From the human T2T-CHM13v2.0 reference genome, Homo sapiens: 64,000 nt of DNA. Position numbers and translations under genes: made by a program. Under the pieces are notes generated by a model. It saw only the letters and a list, made by a program, of their open reading frames with translations. It did not search any database and was not told where the DNA came from. The DNA lies in assembly GCF_009914755.1 (NCBI RefSeq), contig NC_060937.1; one strand, written 5' to 3'. Positions within the stretch are counted from its first letter, which is position 1; every line of letters starts with the position of its first letter. Below, one piece after another: positions 62,049 to 64,000 of this stretch.

Positions 62049-64000
62049 CAAGCATACCTCGGAGATATTGTGAGGTAAACTCTAGATCACCAGCATGAAA
62101 TAAATATTCCAATAAGGCAAGTCATACAAACTTTTTGATTTCCCAGTGCATATAAAAGTTTTGTTTATGCTATACTGCAGTCTATTAGGTATGCAAGAGC
62201 ATTGTGTCTAAAATGATGTACATGTCTTAATTTAAAAATACTTTATTACTTAAAAATACTGATAATCTGAGCCTTTTGTGAGTTGTAAGCTTTTTGCAGG
62301 TGGAGAGTGTTGCCTTGATGTTGATGGTGCTGAATGACCATGGTGGTGGTTGTTGAAGGTTGAGGTGGCCGTGGCAATTTTTTAAAACAAGACAATGAAG
62401 TTTGCCACGTTAATGTATTCTTTCTTTCATGAAAGATTTCTCTGTAGTATGTGTAGCTGTTTAATAGCATTTTATCCACAGTCAAACGTCTTTGAAAGTT
62501 GGAGTCAATCCTCTCAAACCCTGCTGTTGCTTTATCAATTAAGTTTATGTAGTATTCTAAATCCATTGATGTTATTTCAACAATATTCACAGAATCTTTA
62601 CAGGTGAGATTCCATCTCAAGAAACCACTTTCTTTGCTCATTAATAAGAGGCAACTCCTCATGCATTCAAGGTTTATCATAAGATTACAGCAATTCGGTC
62701 ACATCTCCAGGCTCTACTTCCCGTTCTAGTTATCTTGCTTTTTCTACCACATCTGTAGTTACTTCCTCCACTGGAGCCTTGAGTCCCTCCAAGTCAACCA
62801 TGAGGATTGGAATCAATTTCTTCCAAACTCCTGTTGATACTATGACCTCCTCTCATGAATCATGAATGTTCTTAATGACATCTAGAATGGTGAATCCTTT
62901 CCAGAAAGTTTTCAATTTACTTTTCCCAAATCTGTCACACAAATCACTACCTATGGCCGCTGTAGTCTTATGAAATGTATCTCTTAAATTATAAGGCTTG
63001 AAATTGGAAATTATTCTTTGATCCATGGGCTGCAGAATAGACATTGTATTAGCAGGCATAAAAACATTAATCTTCTTGTACATCTCCATTAAAGCTCTTG
63101 GGATACTAAGTGCATTGTGAATAAGCAATAATAATTTGAAAGGAATGTTTTTTTCTGAGCAATAGGTCTCAATAATGGGCTTAACATATTCAGCAAACTA
63201 TGCTGTAAAAACAGATGTTCTGTCATCCAGACTTCATAGTTCTAGTTATAGAGCTCAGGCAGAATAAATTTAGCATACTTCTTAAGGGCCCTGGGATTTT
63301 TCGGAATGGGAAAAATCACTGGCTAACTTAAAGTCACCAGTTGTATTAGCCTAAGAAGAGTCAACATGTCCTTTGAAGCTTTGAAGTCAGATGTTGACTT
63401 TTCCTCTCTAGCTATGTAAGTCCTAGATGGCATCTTCCTCCAGTAGAAGGCTGTTTTGTCTACATTGAACATGTTTAGTGTAGCCACTTTCATCAATGAT
63501 CTGAGTTAGATCTTCCAGATAACTTGCTGCACTTTTCCATCAGCACTTGCTTATTCACCTTGCACTTTTATGTTATAGAGATGACTCCTTTCCTTAAACC
63601 TCTTGAACAAACCTCTGCTATCAAACTTTTCTTCTGCAGCTTCCTTACCTCTTGCAGCCTTCATAGGATTGAGAAGAGTTAGGGCCTTGCTCTGGCTTAG
63701 GCTTTGACTTAAGAAAATGTTGTGGCTGGTTTGATCTTCTATCCAGATCACTCAAATTTTCTCCTTATTAGCAATAAGGCTATTTTACTTTTTTTTTTAA
63801 TCATTCATGTATGTATTTGCAGGAGAAGGACTTTTAATTTCTTTCAGACAGTTTTCCTTTGCATTCACAGCTTGGCTAACTGTTTGGAGCAACAACCCTC
63901 GCTTTCAACCTGTCTCAGCCTTCAACACATCTTCCTAAAATTAATTATTTCTAGCTTTTGCTGTACAATGAGAGACTAGTGACTCTTCCTTTCACTTAAG
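62049..64000 (-). mobile_element. Tigger1 DNA transposon (runs off the window), decayed transposase
   Basis: TA then caagcatacctcggagatattg TIR; peptides [27 protein letters not shown] on the minus strand. Confidence 0.92.

Overview
AT-rich primate (probably human) intergenic or intronic DNA, dominated by transposable-element fossils: Alu J/S/Y, L1PA/L1M, L2, MIR, MaLR/ERV LTRs, Tigger1/Tigger3 and hAT MITEs. There is no intact protein-coding gene. The only gene-derived sequence is a full-length processed pseudogene of the chaperonin subunit CCT5 (about 17120-19107, + strand). Almost all tracked ORFs are repeat-derived or chance. I found no credible novel protein-coding system. The observations worth follow-up are structural: (i) several fold-back or templated-insertion scars (19620-19722, 22893-22963, 24312-24402, 55664-55697); (ii) two neighbouring 5'-inverted L1PA3/4 insertions that share non-consensus variants; (iii) an internally deleted L1PA7 that keeps its 5' end; (iv) a THE1 LTR nested inverted inside another THE1; (v) a CpG-retaining unique segment near 42.3-43.1 kb that looks regulatory. 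Repeat family names come from recalled consensus sequences, not from a RepeatMasker run, and old-repeat boundaries are approximate.
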